A stretch of 62,933 bases of DNA, the filler included, from Sphacelaria rigidula (Eukaryota), in NCBI GenBank assembly GCA_964200075.2. It is 10 parts of 10 records of this genome, joined end to end, with 100 filler letters (N's around TTAATTAATTAA, not from the genome) between each part and the next. Parts side by side here need not be neighbours in the genome. Positions count along the whole stretch, not along the records: positions 1 to 6,204 come from CAXNAA020021528.1; positions 6,305 to 12,508 come from CAXNAA020021529.1; 8 more parts are not named here. The stretch is one strand, 5' to 3'. Below are positions 1 through 11,260 of the stretch, piece after piece. The translations under genes and the position numbers were made by a program. The notes beneath the pieces are model-generated. The model was not told the origin of the DNA. It did not search any database and saw only the letters and a list, made by a program, of their open reading frames with translations. Position 1 is the stretch's first letter; each line of letters opens with the position of its first letter.

Positions 1-63
1 GTCTAAAATCGTTAGGAGCCCCTGAACCAGACAAAATTTCGCGAAAAAAGTGCACCCCTACCG
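1..63. mobile_element. Right end of a Tc1/mariner-type MITE (same family as 11027..11260)
   Basis: gttaggagccc...aaaattt..gtgcacccctaccg|TA closely matches the right end of the complete copy at 11209-11262. Confidence 0.7.
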
Positions 64-416
64 TAGCATTGCTCAGGACTGCATTCCCAACTGTCATTCC
101 ATGGTCATCGCTTCGTTGAACTGGACTGTCTACATCTCAGATGCAAGTGATTGTGCCGCCGGAAGGCCCATCATATCGGAGACGTGCTTTGATACATCGT
201 CTATACACGAACGTTGTAGTACTTTTCATGCTGTAGGTTCATAGCCGCACCTGCAAGGCCCTGATTCTGCTGTAGTCCCGCTGAGCTTCTCGGAAATTCC
301 CGATACGTCTCAAGATCAATGCCCTATTAGAGCGATACCTGTTCTTAGCGTGGAAGCATTCGCAAGACAGCGGTTGGATGGCGGTGTGATGCATGAGATG
401 ACCGCGTGCTCAGGGG

Positions 417-494
417 ACCGCATCGTAATTTTAACACCCCTATGGTTAGGGTGGGGGTTAGTGTTTGTATTAGTGTTAGTGTTGGGATTGCGGT
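417..494. mobile_element. 78-bp mini-insertion containing degenerate telomere-like (GGTTAG/TGTTAG) repeats
   Basis: Termini ACCGCA/TGCGGT are inverted; exact 6-bp direct repeat CAGGGG at 411-416 and 495-500. Confidence 0.55.
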
Positions 495-1499
495 CAGGGG
501 CGTGGTCCATGCAGGGACTGGCGCGATTGGTTTTGAAGAAAGCCGATCCTAAGGTGCTTTGGACTAAGGTGCAGTCCTCTAAGCTCGCGGTCCTCTCACG
601 CATTTCAGCGGTTGGACAACGAGACAGTAAACCCACAAGAACGGCACAAGTTGGTGTTCATGAAATTATGCCAAGGCGCAACAAATGTCAAAAGCTGTGT
701 TCACTGATCAATCGGGGAGACAAGTACTGATGATGGCCCTGAACCTTATTCAATTGACTGGTGGGTTTTCGAAAATCATGTGGTCCACTTTATGTTGTCT
801 ATCTACAATAGCCCTACCTCAAAACCAGACCAAAACTATAACAAAGAAAACGGTCATCCATCGCGTGGTGTTTGGTTACAGACTGCATGAGGCGCGTCAT
901 ATGGGGACACAGGCAAAATCGAACCCTATAGCATGGGAAATCCCAGCTGTTCGTTGTGCTCGGTTCTTCCCCTCTAAAATTACATGTAGAATTGCCCTCC
1001 TCAATCCAGCCGCGTCTTTTGTTTTTTTGGGGGGGCACTCTTGTAGAAAGTGTCCATGAATCTAGCCGAGACCACGAGATCGATGCACCCAGCAAAAATA
1101 CATGGTATGCACTTAGAAGGAACTCGAAATGAGATGGGAAATCGCAACATGAACAAAAAACAGAGAAACCGATAAACTCGAGAACAAGAACTAGTACCGG
1201 TCCCGAGAATACTCCGACGGCCCCCAGCCACAACTTCATGCCGAACGGCTGCTGTACGGTAAGCAAGACCGCGGAAGAAGGTCTCGACTCTGCTTTCTGC
1301 AGACTTTACCATTGGTGAAGAACTCTCGCCCGCCAACTATGCAGAAACGCTGTTCTATGGGGAAAATGTTATGTTCTGATCCCTACGAACACCACAGAAG
1401 ACGGTTGATTGTATACGGGCGTTCGAACAAAATAGGATATTGCCGAGCTGAACACCAGCGCACATGTACGCTGATTAATTCGGGCAAATAGGGGACATA

Positions 1500-2836
1500 C
1501 ACGTGGACAGATAGCACCCTGTACGACGTGCTGCACAGGGTTTTTCGCAGTCTTTGTGAAAAACCCTGTACGGCATTTGCAAACCCTAGTACCTCTACCA
1601 GCATTTTGTGTAGCGTATTTCTCGAGACCCTGTAAGCAACCCTGTGGAGAGGCACTTCCAATTTGAAAGTTCCAAATTTATTGCTACAAAATCTATTAAT
1701 TTATTCATTTAGAGATGCTGTTCAAAATAACTCCTCTTTTCGCCCGATTTTCAATTGAGCAATCGGGCAAAAAGAGGAGTTATTCCGGATAGCGGAACAA
1801 GCTGTTCGAAATTCATCCTTTTTTCGCCCAGTAAAATTGGGCAAAAAACGGATCTATTTTGAACAGCTTCATCTGCTGCACAAATCCCATACACATGTAC
1901 GGGATTTGGGGAGCAGATGAAGCTCCACAAATCCCGTACACACTGGCAGATTTGTAATATATACAGGAGAAGAAACTCATATAAATCCTCACTTTGCCCG
2001 CTAATTCATTCGAAAACTGGGCAAAAAGAGAACTCATTGCGGACAGCCTCATCTGGGCAAGTTCCGCACACTGCACCGTACTCAACGGATGGGATCCGAG
2101 ATGCAGCAATTATTGTTGAAAATATTTCATCCTCTTGCCCCCCAATTTATATATCAATTGGGCTGAAGGATGGAATTCTCAACAGCTTTTGCTGAATAAA
2201 AATCTGAAACACTGCTTACAAGTGTATGTTCACACGCCTGAGCTTAGATACGACGCTTTGACTTTAGGCGTGGATGCTGGTACAACGGTGTATACCTCGC
2301 GTACGTATGCACATAGTTCATAAAAAAAAACGTTGTCGAATTTCTACAAAGACAAACCAAATGATGTTTAGAAAAAATCACGTAATTATTCATGCTTTTG
2401 TTTATGCATTTATTACAAGGACAAAAGATGCACTACGTCAATAATAAATCATAGGTGGTTAAATGTATATCTCGCTGGACTCCCGACCTCAAAGTTGCGA
2501 CACCAATACCTATCACTGCCATATCTCGACCGTTTTTTCTGCCAGTACCATGCCCATGCTGCAAGGTGGAGTATATTGTATGTGCGCTATAAACACTATT
2601 ATATTAATAACGATGAACAGTACACGGGGCGACGAAACCCTGTGAAGCGTACTGTGCGGCGCGAAAAATACCCTACAGCCAAATCCCCGCGAGAGACACT
2701 GCACAGTTTCCCTGAACCCCATGAAGCGTACTGTGCGGCGCAAAAAAACACCCTACAGCCCACTCCCCGCGAGAAATACTGCACAGTTTCCCTGCACCCT
2801 GTAGACGTTCCCCACAGGGTGTTATCTGTCCACGTG
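1500..2836. mobile_element. Non-autonomous TIR DNA transposon
   Basis: 23-bp TIR CACGTGGACAGATA(G/A)CACCCTGT at both ends (1 mismatch); subterminal ACCCTGT motifs; ~80-bp tandem duplication at ~2636-2800; no ORF. Confidence 0.75.
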
Positions 2837-3725
2837 TGAGTGCAAAGGATACCACCTGAAAGGCTGCTGATTACAGCAGGTGGGGAGAGGAGAAGTCACG
2901 TGGCGGGAAGCACCCCGCCACGGGCATGGGATCTGGAAGGTCCCTGTGCCGAACGGTCGAGAGTCGAGAGCCAGTTTCATCCAGCTCTGTGGAGTGGGCA
3001 TTGTTCTCGCAGAATCCACGGTGCCTGTGGTGGACGTGTTGCGCGTAAACGCCGTCACCACTCAGCGGTAGCACTGTGCAAGTGGCGGACGCCGTTTACC
3101 TTCCGTACGGAGAAGAGGTACAGAAGATTCATCGGGAGACACATGTCCCATAAGTGAGCGCCATATCCATTACTGGCGTGGTTTTGTGGAGTCTTGTGGA
3201 TGTCAAGGACTTTCTAATCCCCGTGATGATGGGCATGGTGATGAGTTTGGTTGTGTCGGTGGAGCCATATCAGTTACGTGACATGTGGAGACGTGGTTAT
3301 GGCCGTAAGCGTGTCCGCAGGTGGCTACGCATCAGTGTATTCCAGGTGGATATGAGGCTGTGATTCGTGGTACTGTAATATGGTACACATATTTCAACGA
3401 TAGGGCGAGAACGTGAGAAGATTTCGACTAAAGCGTTTGTTGGGACTGAAGAAACTGCGGGACACGTTTTCTAATCTCGGCGGGATGAAGTTTCCCGAGA
3501 GGATTGATGAAAAGTTCAGTGCTGTGTATGTAAAAGTATTTGTGTTAATATAGGAATCCAGACGATGCACTGTACGACGATGTATGGTTTCAGAAAGCAA
3601 ACCCGATAGAATGAAAGATTGCTACGCTGGAGTATGTGAATGGCTGTTTCAACCGGTGTTGAGATTCGATACACCGTTCTCAACGCTAGTGTATCGCCCT
3701 TCTTACCTCCTTTCAAGCGGGTGTG

Positions 3726-4095
3726 GGTCACAGGGCACTGTTCTCCAACTGGATTGGTTGACGATGAAATGTGCCTGTCATCGCGATAAGTGTAGGTAGA
3801 TATGGCCTGACTTGATTTAGCGATGATGTCGGCATCTGAAGCTGTGCGGATAGACTTTACCGGTGTTGAGATCATATTTGAATGGGTGAACCGTTCTTGG
3901 TACGAGTCAATTGTTGCTCTTTTTATCTCCCCTGTAGGTCACAGTGCACTGTTTCCTAAATAGTTGGGTTGGTGACGACGAAATGTGCCTGTCGTCGCAA
4001 TAAGTGCAGGCAGATGTGGCCTGACGTGATTGAGTGATGATGTCTGTATCTGAAGCTATCCGCGAATAGAATCGTTTCTCGGTGCTGGAGCCATA
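3726..4095 (+). repeat. Diverged ~210-bp direct repeat (2 copies)
   Basis: ggtcacag.gcactgtt...gaaatgtgcctgtc.tcgc.ataagtg.agg.agat.tggcctgac recurs at ~3726 and ~3937. Confidence 0.7.
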
Positions 4096-5879
4096 TGGGC
4101 ATGACAAGCCGACCCACTTCTAATGTATTGCATATTTCGTCACCTGTTAAGTGTAGGTTGCGGGGCACCGTCTCCTACCTGGAATGGTCGATGGCGAATC
4201 ATGCTAATCATCTCGATCGGTGCAGTGTGCGAGTAAGACGTTACTCCCCTAACTTGATTGAAAAGATGATACAGGTGTTTAGTTGTCTCAGTAGAATGCA
4301 CAACTGCAGAAAGTGGCCGTGTGACAAAAAAAAAGTTTGGTGTCCCGTGTGAGTATTGGAGTACAGCCTACGATGCACATCGTGCATGACTGGTTGCTTG
4401 TCAAGTTGACATTGCTGATAGGGCTGAAACTGTATGTGGTATGCAGAAACATATGAGAGTGTGTGACATGAGATATAAGACTTTCTATATGCCATCCCTT
4501 CTGGTTACTGGTCGAGCTATAAGCTGGCAGAACCAGATCCATCATGTAGGAGGCAAACATATCACAACATGACATGAAAACCAACAAGAACTACGTTTCA
4601 TCCGTTTTGAGTTTTGGTCAAGTCGCTACTTGACGAGCTGAAATTATATGGGGTATAAAGATATGCTAGCACAGCATGCGGAACAATGTGTAAAGCGTCA
4701 CTTGCTTATAGTTGTTGGTCGAGCTGTAAGCTCGTAGGACTAGATCCATCACAAAGCACGTGAGCATGTTCATACAAAATGCCTGGACGAGAGTGCATCT
4801 GACATCGCCTCTTCTTGATTGTTGACTGAATTGTCACAGACTAATTCTAAAGTAAGGCGTGCCATGCACAGCATGCTACAAATGAATTGTGTGCGTATCA
4901 CACGACAGATTTATTGATGCTCAGATGCAAAGCTCCGTGAAATGGATGCTTGACGATTTCCTGGCTTTTGAGACAACATGGAGACTGATATGTTTTCGGA
5001 TATTTCCAGCCCAATACCCAAAATTGGTTTCCATGATAGGAGCTCGGCTTGACTTTTGGATGAACCGCGACCGGCAAGCGAGCACTTCCCCCTGCTGCAG
5101 CGATCTCCTCTCGATAGACGTTGGTGGAGGGAAAACTAATCCCATTGATGCAACGACCCCCTTCCCGTGGCTCGAGACGATGGGAGAAAAAGAGAGAATC
5201 GAAAGCACACTGTTGTAGACACAAATAGGAGGAGCGGAGAATGATTTTGATTGTGTGCTCGCCGATGGGTGTTGAAGACCGTCGAGCCACATCGCCCCGC
5301 CAGTCGCGAAGTAGAATTTGAAGATGATGCTGAAAGGTATTGAGCCATATCACTTAGCGGGATCGTAATGCAGGGGTTTTACATGGACCGTGAGTGCTCG
5401 AGCTCGGTTTGACTGAGTAAACTAGGGGTAGATGATCGAGTTTCGGGTCCCGAATAATCGTATCTTGCGTCTTTGAAAAAGGAGGCATGTGTACTTCGTA
5501 ACACGTACGATCTTGCTGTCATGATGCAGGTGCGCGTGAAGGGTATCAACGAAAATAAATCTAACCTGAGGGGCATGATTTTGTGCGCTGTTCAAGCATG
5601 ACGTGAGATTGCCTGAACCGAAGTTGAGAACGCGCTGTAGTACTTGCAGCATTCGATGGCACAGGGTGCACGGATCTACGTGTCTGCTTTTCAAATATGG
5701 AGTATATTTCTTTTGTTCTAAAGAGCTTAACTGAGCTTGGATATACTGATCGTATCTTTTTTCGTGTGGATATTTTGTTTCTCGCCTTCTTCTACGGGCT
5801 GTTTGGTTTATAGGTTATTGGTGGTATGCTCCTTGCACTCTGTGACCACGGGTTCGAGAGATCGAGCTAATGTGACGGA

Positions 5880-6115
5880 TATAATAGTAATAGTAATAAT
5901 AAAAATAAAAATAAAATGATAATGATAATGATAATGATAATGATAAGAAGAAGAAGAAGAAGAATGATGATGATGATGATAAAAATAAAAAAATAAAAAA
6001 ATAAGAATCATAAGAATAATCAAAATAATCAAAATAATCAAAATAATCAAAATAATAATAATGATGATAATAATGATAATAATAATGATAAAAAGAAGAA
6101 GAAGAAGAAGAAGAA
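5880..6115 (+). repeat. Compound AT-rich microsatellite (AAT/GAT/GAA/AAAATAATC)
   Basis: Seen directly. Confidence 0.95.
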
Positions 6116-6204
6116 TCTTTGGACCTGTGGAAAGGGTTTTCGAGCCATCCTACGACAGGGGTGGGGGTATTTTGGGCCATTTGTTGCTCGAAATTTCGAG
6201 TCAG

Positions 6205-6304
6205 NNNNNNNNNNNNNNNNNNNNNNNNNNNNNNNNNNNNNNNNNNNNTTAATTAATTAANNNNNNNNNNNNNNNNNNNNNNNNNNNNNNNNNNNNNNNN
6301 NNNN
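6205..6304. other. Artificial contig linker N44-TTAATTAATTAA-N44; repeated at 12509, 18813, 25116, 31419, 37722, 44025, 50328 and 56631
   Basis: Identical 100-nt spacer with stops in all six frames; intervening contigs are 6204 then 6203 bp (size-sorted). Confidence 0.98.
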
Positions 6305-7244
6305 ATGGTCTTATGACTATGGCATGCATGATCATGGGTACACCCCTCCCTTCCCCCGCCCCCTCCATGGCATGCATGATCATGAGTGCACCCCCCCCCT
6401 CCCCCTCGGTACACGCTTGGCATTTTGGTATCGCGGGTTAGATCAATAAGTCCTGAGCTGCGTCGAGTCCCATGGAACAAACTGAGTCGAACGAACTTGC
6501 TCTTCTACTCGCAACCTCACGCTTCCAACGACAGAAACCAGATGTTTCGCGGGAAAACTCCAAACCAAATGCATCTGGCAAAACCAAACCCACGTTCTCT
6601 TGACGTAATGAAGTTACTTCTACGATCAGCATTTTTCCGCTTGCAGTTTCCCAGGGTAGGACGTTGTTTGGCCAGCGAGTTGTCACTTAATATCGACATC
6701 AAGGCCATTCGAAGTACTCTTACCTGCCTCGAGCAGCGGTTCAAGTTGCTCGAAAGTCATATGGTGGCTCGGTCAGCCCTCCCCCCCCCCCCCCTGCTCC
6801 TTCTCGAAAGGGATGCGTGATCAATGGTGAAACGACTAAGGCCAGCAACAAATGAGTACGCCTCCTTCCCCCCTCCTCCGCTCTCCATCGTGGAGTGGTA
6901 TCGTGTGAGTTGTCATGCCCCCTCTCCGAGCTTGTTCTTCTTAATCTATTTCCTCATTTGTATATGTTCTCTTTGTTCCTCTTACGTCTCGGTTCGTATA
7001 GTACGTTCCGCCTTCGTCGGCGCCTGTCTGGCTATCCATACCTCTCTGCATCCCTGTCCGTGTCCCCGTTTACCTGTGCCTCTTCGTCCCCTGTATCGTT
7101 CCTTGTCCGGTTTTACCTTCTACTCCCCGATCACCCTCAAGTGCCGGTGTAGCTGTTCGCTTCGGTTGTCCCCCGTTCGTCTCCCTCTCCATTTACATCT
7201 TGGTTGCCTTCTCCTTTCCACCCTTTCTGCCGTTGTTTCAACAG

Positions 7245-7375
7245 ACACAGTGCTGGTCACGCACATCGTTCTGTGGGGCTCAATTCGCACCCCATTCACG
7301 AAAAAACTTCTCGGAGATGAGGAGTACTTGTTGTTATTCACCAAGGGGCTTACTTCGTTGCCGTCACCTGCTCAG
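7245..7375 (+). CDS. Exon A of an RGS-domain gene (hydrophobic segment plus linker: TVLVTHIVLWGSIRTPFTKKLLGDEEYLLLFTKGLTSLPSPAQ)
   Basis: Long polypyrimidine tract ending caacAG; donor CAG|GTGAGG; ends in phase 0, compatible with the next exon. Confidence 0.65.
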
Positions 7376-8219
7376 GTGAGGTGGGCGCATGAGGTGCTCT
7401 GAATGTTAGGCTTTGGGTGGCGAGTTAGGGGGCTCATGCGGCGGAAGATTTCCTGTCTTGAAACCAGTACCAGCTGCCATCCCAGGCAGAACACGTCAAG
7501 GATAGTCGCTGTCTCGATGTGATGCCCTTGAATCTATCTCCTGATTCGAAAGTGTGGCTGGTTTCTTCTCAGGCACACTCTTGCGTCCCGCGTTTTATGG
7601 ACACCAAAGTCGTACGGATAAATATGAACGTCGTGAAGGACCTCGTCTCTTGTGAACTCCGGTGCCGAAAGAGTCAAAAGACCAGTTCACAGTAGCTAAC
7701 TTTTCTTGAATGTAACACGCTTTTTGACACTGTCCTGCTTCTCCAGGCCTGTGGTATTTTGGTTCGGCACTCCCTTTTCGATAGACATGCGCTTCGTTTG
7801 GGGTTGTTTCGGGATTTTACGGCGGTGCAGACGATGGAGATCTGATCCGCCGTAAGAAAGCAGAGTCGCACTTAACCTGTGTCTACGATTGTTCAATTAA
7901 ACGTAGACGTCTACAACTTTTGAGAAAAAACATAAATGCCCGCGAACGTTCAAAAACAAGATGGTATGAGGAGTGGGCTCGATTGTGGCCTCCAAACTAA
8001 CTAGTTCCAGTGCAATACGCTGAGAGCCATGTTGTGCCGCACCCCGAAAATTGAAAATCTTCAAATCGCGACTGCAGTACATACAGGCTATTTTCTTGAC
8101 GTGCCGGGGCTATCTTAGGGCTTCAGACGTAGAGAATTTTCTCACGTGACTCGTTAGCGTCTATCACTGATCCTCTTCCCGTCCATCTCGTTTCCCTTTG
8201 CCTGACTACTTTCTTGCAG

Positions 8220-8369
8220 CTGAAGGCAAGCTTGGCGGAGCAGCTGTCGGTCGAGCAGCTGAGAGTAGAGTTCCGACGGTACATGGAAGCGAGGGTTGCC
8301 CAAGAGTTGATTGATTTCTACGTCGACTCGTTGGACCGAGAGGATATCACATGCTTCTTCGAGCGGCAG
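8220..8369 (+). CDS. Exon B of an RGS-domain gene (LKASLAEQLSVEQLRVEFRRYMEARVAQELIDFYVDSLDREDITCFFERQ)
   Basis: Acceptor ttcttgcAG, donor CAG|GTGCGT, 150 nt in phase 0; resembles the first RGS helices (SL..lL.....r..F..fl......E.l.F). Confidence 0.8.
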
Positions 8370-9557
8370 GTGCGTCAAAGCATCAGTGCGGCTGCATACT
8401 GAGAGGTTTCCTGCAGAAATCATCTTGGAATACTTAGCAAGGAATCCTTGTATACTCGCCACTGTTAGCAGATACTGCCGCGCCCCGGTGATGTAATAGT
8501 CCGACTGTCGCCATCAGGGTGGAGAAAAGGAGGGTTTGATTCCCGATGCGTTGGGGTCTTCTTCGTCATGTCTGATTTCCACCGTGGAAAGCGCGAGAAT
8601 GCGAGTGAACAAAGTGGTCGACTTAGTTTGTCTGACGTGAGTTGACGCGGTGCGCGTGTATCGGGGAGAGATGGGTTGACCCCTTGAGATTACGGACTCG
8701 TCCCGAGGATGGGAAGAGGTTCAAAGTGCGACAAATACAAAAATATACGAATAATTAAAAATACCTTTAGCCGATCGTTATGAACGCGTTATCGCGAGAC
8801 CGTACACATATGATCACACAATCAGAGTCCCCCGACGGAAGTCAGAGATGTTTTTGCAATGACACCTGACAGACGACATCCTCGCGTGCACGCTGACTTT
8901 AGTCTGATATGCCATGCATATTATCGGCTCAACATGCCCCCGCCACCCCCCTCTCTAAAAATACCTTCCACGATCCTTGTTATCCCCTAGCGCTGGTAAT
9001 GAGTTATATTGTCCGGAAGTGTGTGATCACATTAAGTGAAGACAGAGTATGGCATAAATCGGTGTTGGTGGTTGGTGTGAACACAGCAAGCACTATCACT
9101 TCGACCTGGGTGTCAGGCTTATGCACGAACTTCAATAGAGCACACAATGGCACTCCATTCTGGTGGGGACATTGAGAAAGATGCTTGAGGCGTGTCGACA
9201 TGTACAAGGTGGGCTAACTGCTACCTCAGAAGGTTACACGAACACAGGTGCAACAATGAGTACATTCCTCGTGTGGAGTGCTGTATTGGCTGCCGACAGG
9301 TTTGGGTCTGTGGTGGGCAAGTTGGGGCAACGCAAGTGTCCTCGTCGTATATGATGCTAGCTCTCTGGGCCGCTGCAGATATCGAAAGTAGCACCGACTT
9401 TCCACCCCATCCCGACTGCTTCGTCCGCGTTGTGGTCTGCTTCAGTCTATTTGCCAGCCCAGCTCTTGTTGAGGCTGTCTCGACTATGCTTCTATATATT
9501 GAGCCACCTCTCCGCGCCTTCCGCCGCTTCCGTCTCTGTTGCCGCTTCACTACGCAG

Positions 9558-9611
9558 GCGGCAACGATGCGCATCATTGATAAGTACGTCCGAGAGGGTG
9601 CCGCAGACCAG
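9558..9611 (+). CDS. Exon C of an RGS-domain gene (AATMRIIDKYVREGAADQ)
   Basis: Acceptor acgcAG, donor CAG|GTGTGC, 54 nt in phase 0; matches RGS 'A..I...YI...A..Q'. Confidence 0.8.
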
Positions 9612-9672
9612 GTGTGCGCTGCAACGGTAAAACACGTTGAACAATATGTTCGTGAAATTAGGAACGTATCTT

Positions 9673-9967
9673 GGAGGCTTTTCGTGGTTCACACTAGGCG
9701 GTCGAACCGTCCGAAACGGTCGTCACCTCCCTGAAAGCTCGTGATCTGTCGGCAATTTTGGCGCGATCAAATTGAAATCGGTGACGCCTTCCATGAGATA
9801 CGCCCGAAAATGAGCATTTTGTTTTTTCATTTTCTTTCAAACCTCTTCACTAACCACGTCCATTTTGAATATTTTTGCACCGGAAGTTCTGTGAGATCGT
9901 GGGCTTCCAGGAGTAGCGGTCGTTTCGAGCGATTCGACCGTCTTGGTGTAAATCACGAAAACCCTCC
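9673..9967. mobile_element. Degenerate MITE in an RGS intron
   Basis: ~70-bp imperfect TIRs: ggaggcttttcgtggttcacac... and ...ggtgtaaatcacgaaaaccctcc. Confidence 0.65.
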
Positions 9968-10532
9968 TGTTCCGAAAAATAATCCGTTCCTAATCTCACG
10001 AACATGTTGTTGTTTGCTACCTACAGCGGTAGTGACCGTAATGGTTGCATGCTATTGCAGGAAATGTACAGCACCACATATAGCAAAATCATTGATAGTC
10101 GAATATTGGTAGCTGTTCAATGTATGTCTGGGGCACGTGACAGGGGGCGAACTCACGCGGCCGCGGTTCATTGCCGCATTTCACCCCATCATGTATCCCG
10201 ATGCCTGTCTTGATTCACTGACTCATATTTGTTCCGCTACCTGATCGATTTTACGGGGTGAATTTGGTACCTGAAAGGGTTGATTTCGTCGAGAAACCGG
10301 CACCCTCACGTCCTCGGTTTGCGTCGATAAGGAAACAGAACGCTGCGCTCGTCGTACTGTAAACGGACAGGAATATACTTGACATGTACGGTATGAAGGA
10401 TTTCGTTTAGTGTGACGGCGAAACTGTTTGATCATTTGGCATGTCGATACATGATATCTTCTGCCGTTAATGTGCTATGTTCGGTTCATGAATGTTCAAT
10501 CAAATGTTAGTTATTATTTTTCGTCTTAAAAG

Positions 10533-10634
10533 GTGAACATATCGGGGAAATGCCGAGAAAAGCTGCTGTCAACGGACGTGACGGAGTACGACATTTTCGA
10601 CGAGGCAAGGGCTGAGGTGCTCAGCGTTATGGAG
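10533..10634 (+). CDS. Exon D of an RGS-domain gene (VNISGKCREKLLSTDVTEYDIFDEARAEVLSVME)
   Basis: Acceptor aaAG, donor GAG|GTGAGA, 102 nt in phase 0; typical RGS 'VNI...R.......F.EA..EV..lME'. Confidence 0.85.
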
Positions 10635-11026
10635 GTGAGATTTACGAATTCATTGGATGACGCTCGACAGAAACGAGGGTCGATTGCTTAGTGCACGTTC
10701 GCCGTTAGTATCATCAAGTCGATGCAAGGCGGTGTTTCGCCATTTCACAGGAAAACATGCTCGCCTTTGTCGCGTTGGACACAATTGCAAGGCACAATCT
10801 TATGTGCACGCAGAAGCAGCCCCTATGGGCCGAAGCTCATGAGAGTATGGCGGCACGTGCACTGCGCCAAGTTAAAAGGGGGTTTTAGTGGGCACAAACC
10901 CCACAGTGCCTTGGGTAAAGCTTACGGATGCTCGAGGCCCTTTCCCCACATGACTGCCGCAAGCAGTCTAGCCGAGCCTCCGGGTGGTCGGCACACGAAC
11001 CCGCTTGCGGGGTAAGAGTAACCCTA

Positions 11027-11260
11027 CGGTAGGGGTGCACAAACATTTTCTGTGGTTAGAATTCTTAGGAGCCCTTGATCTCACTCAAAACATGACGTAT
11101 AAAATATGTGAGAGTACGCCAGGATTACTGTTTCAATGTGCTAGGGATATCCCGAATTAATTTGCAAACGGGGATGACTTGACCCATATTCTCCTGCATC
11201 TAGAATTGTTAGGAGCCCTTTAACCCAATCAAAATTTGCGCAAAATGTGCACCCCTACAG
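11027..11260. mobile_element. Tc1/mariner-type MITE
   Basis: TIR C(G/T)GTAGGGGTGCACA; TA on both flanks (11025-26, 11261-62); second copy at 1-63. Confidence 0.8.

Noticed and set aside
3100..5700. Possible decayed gag-like coding relics (EPYQL / EPYHL motifs)
   Set aside because: Too many stops and no diagnostic motif to support a call
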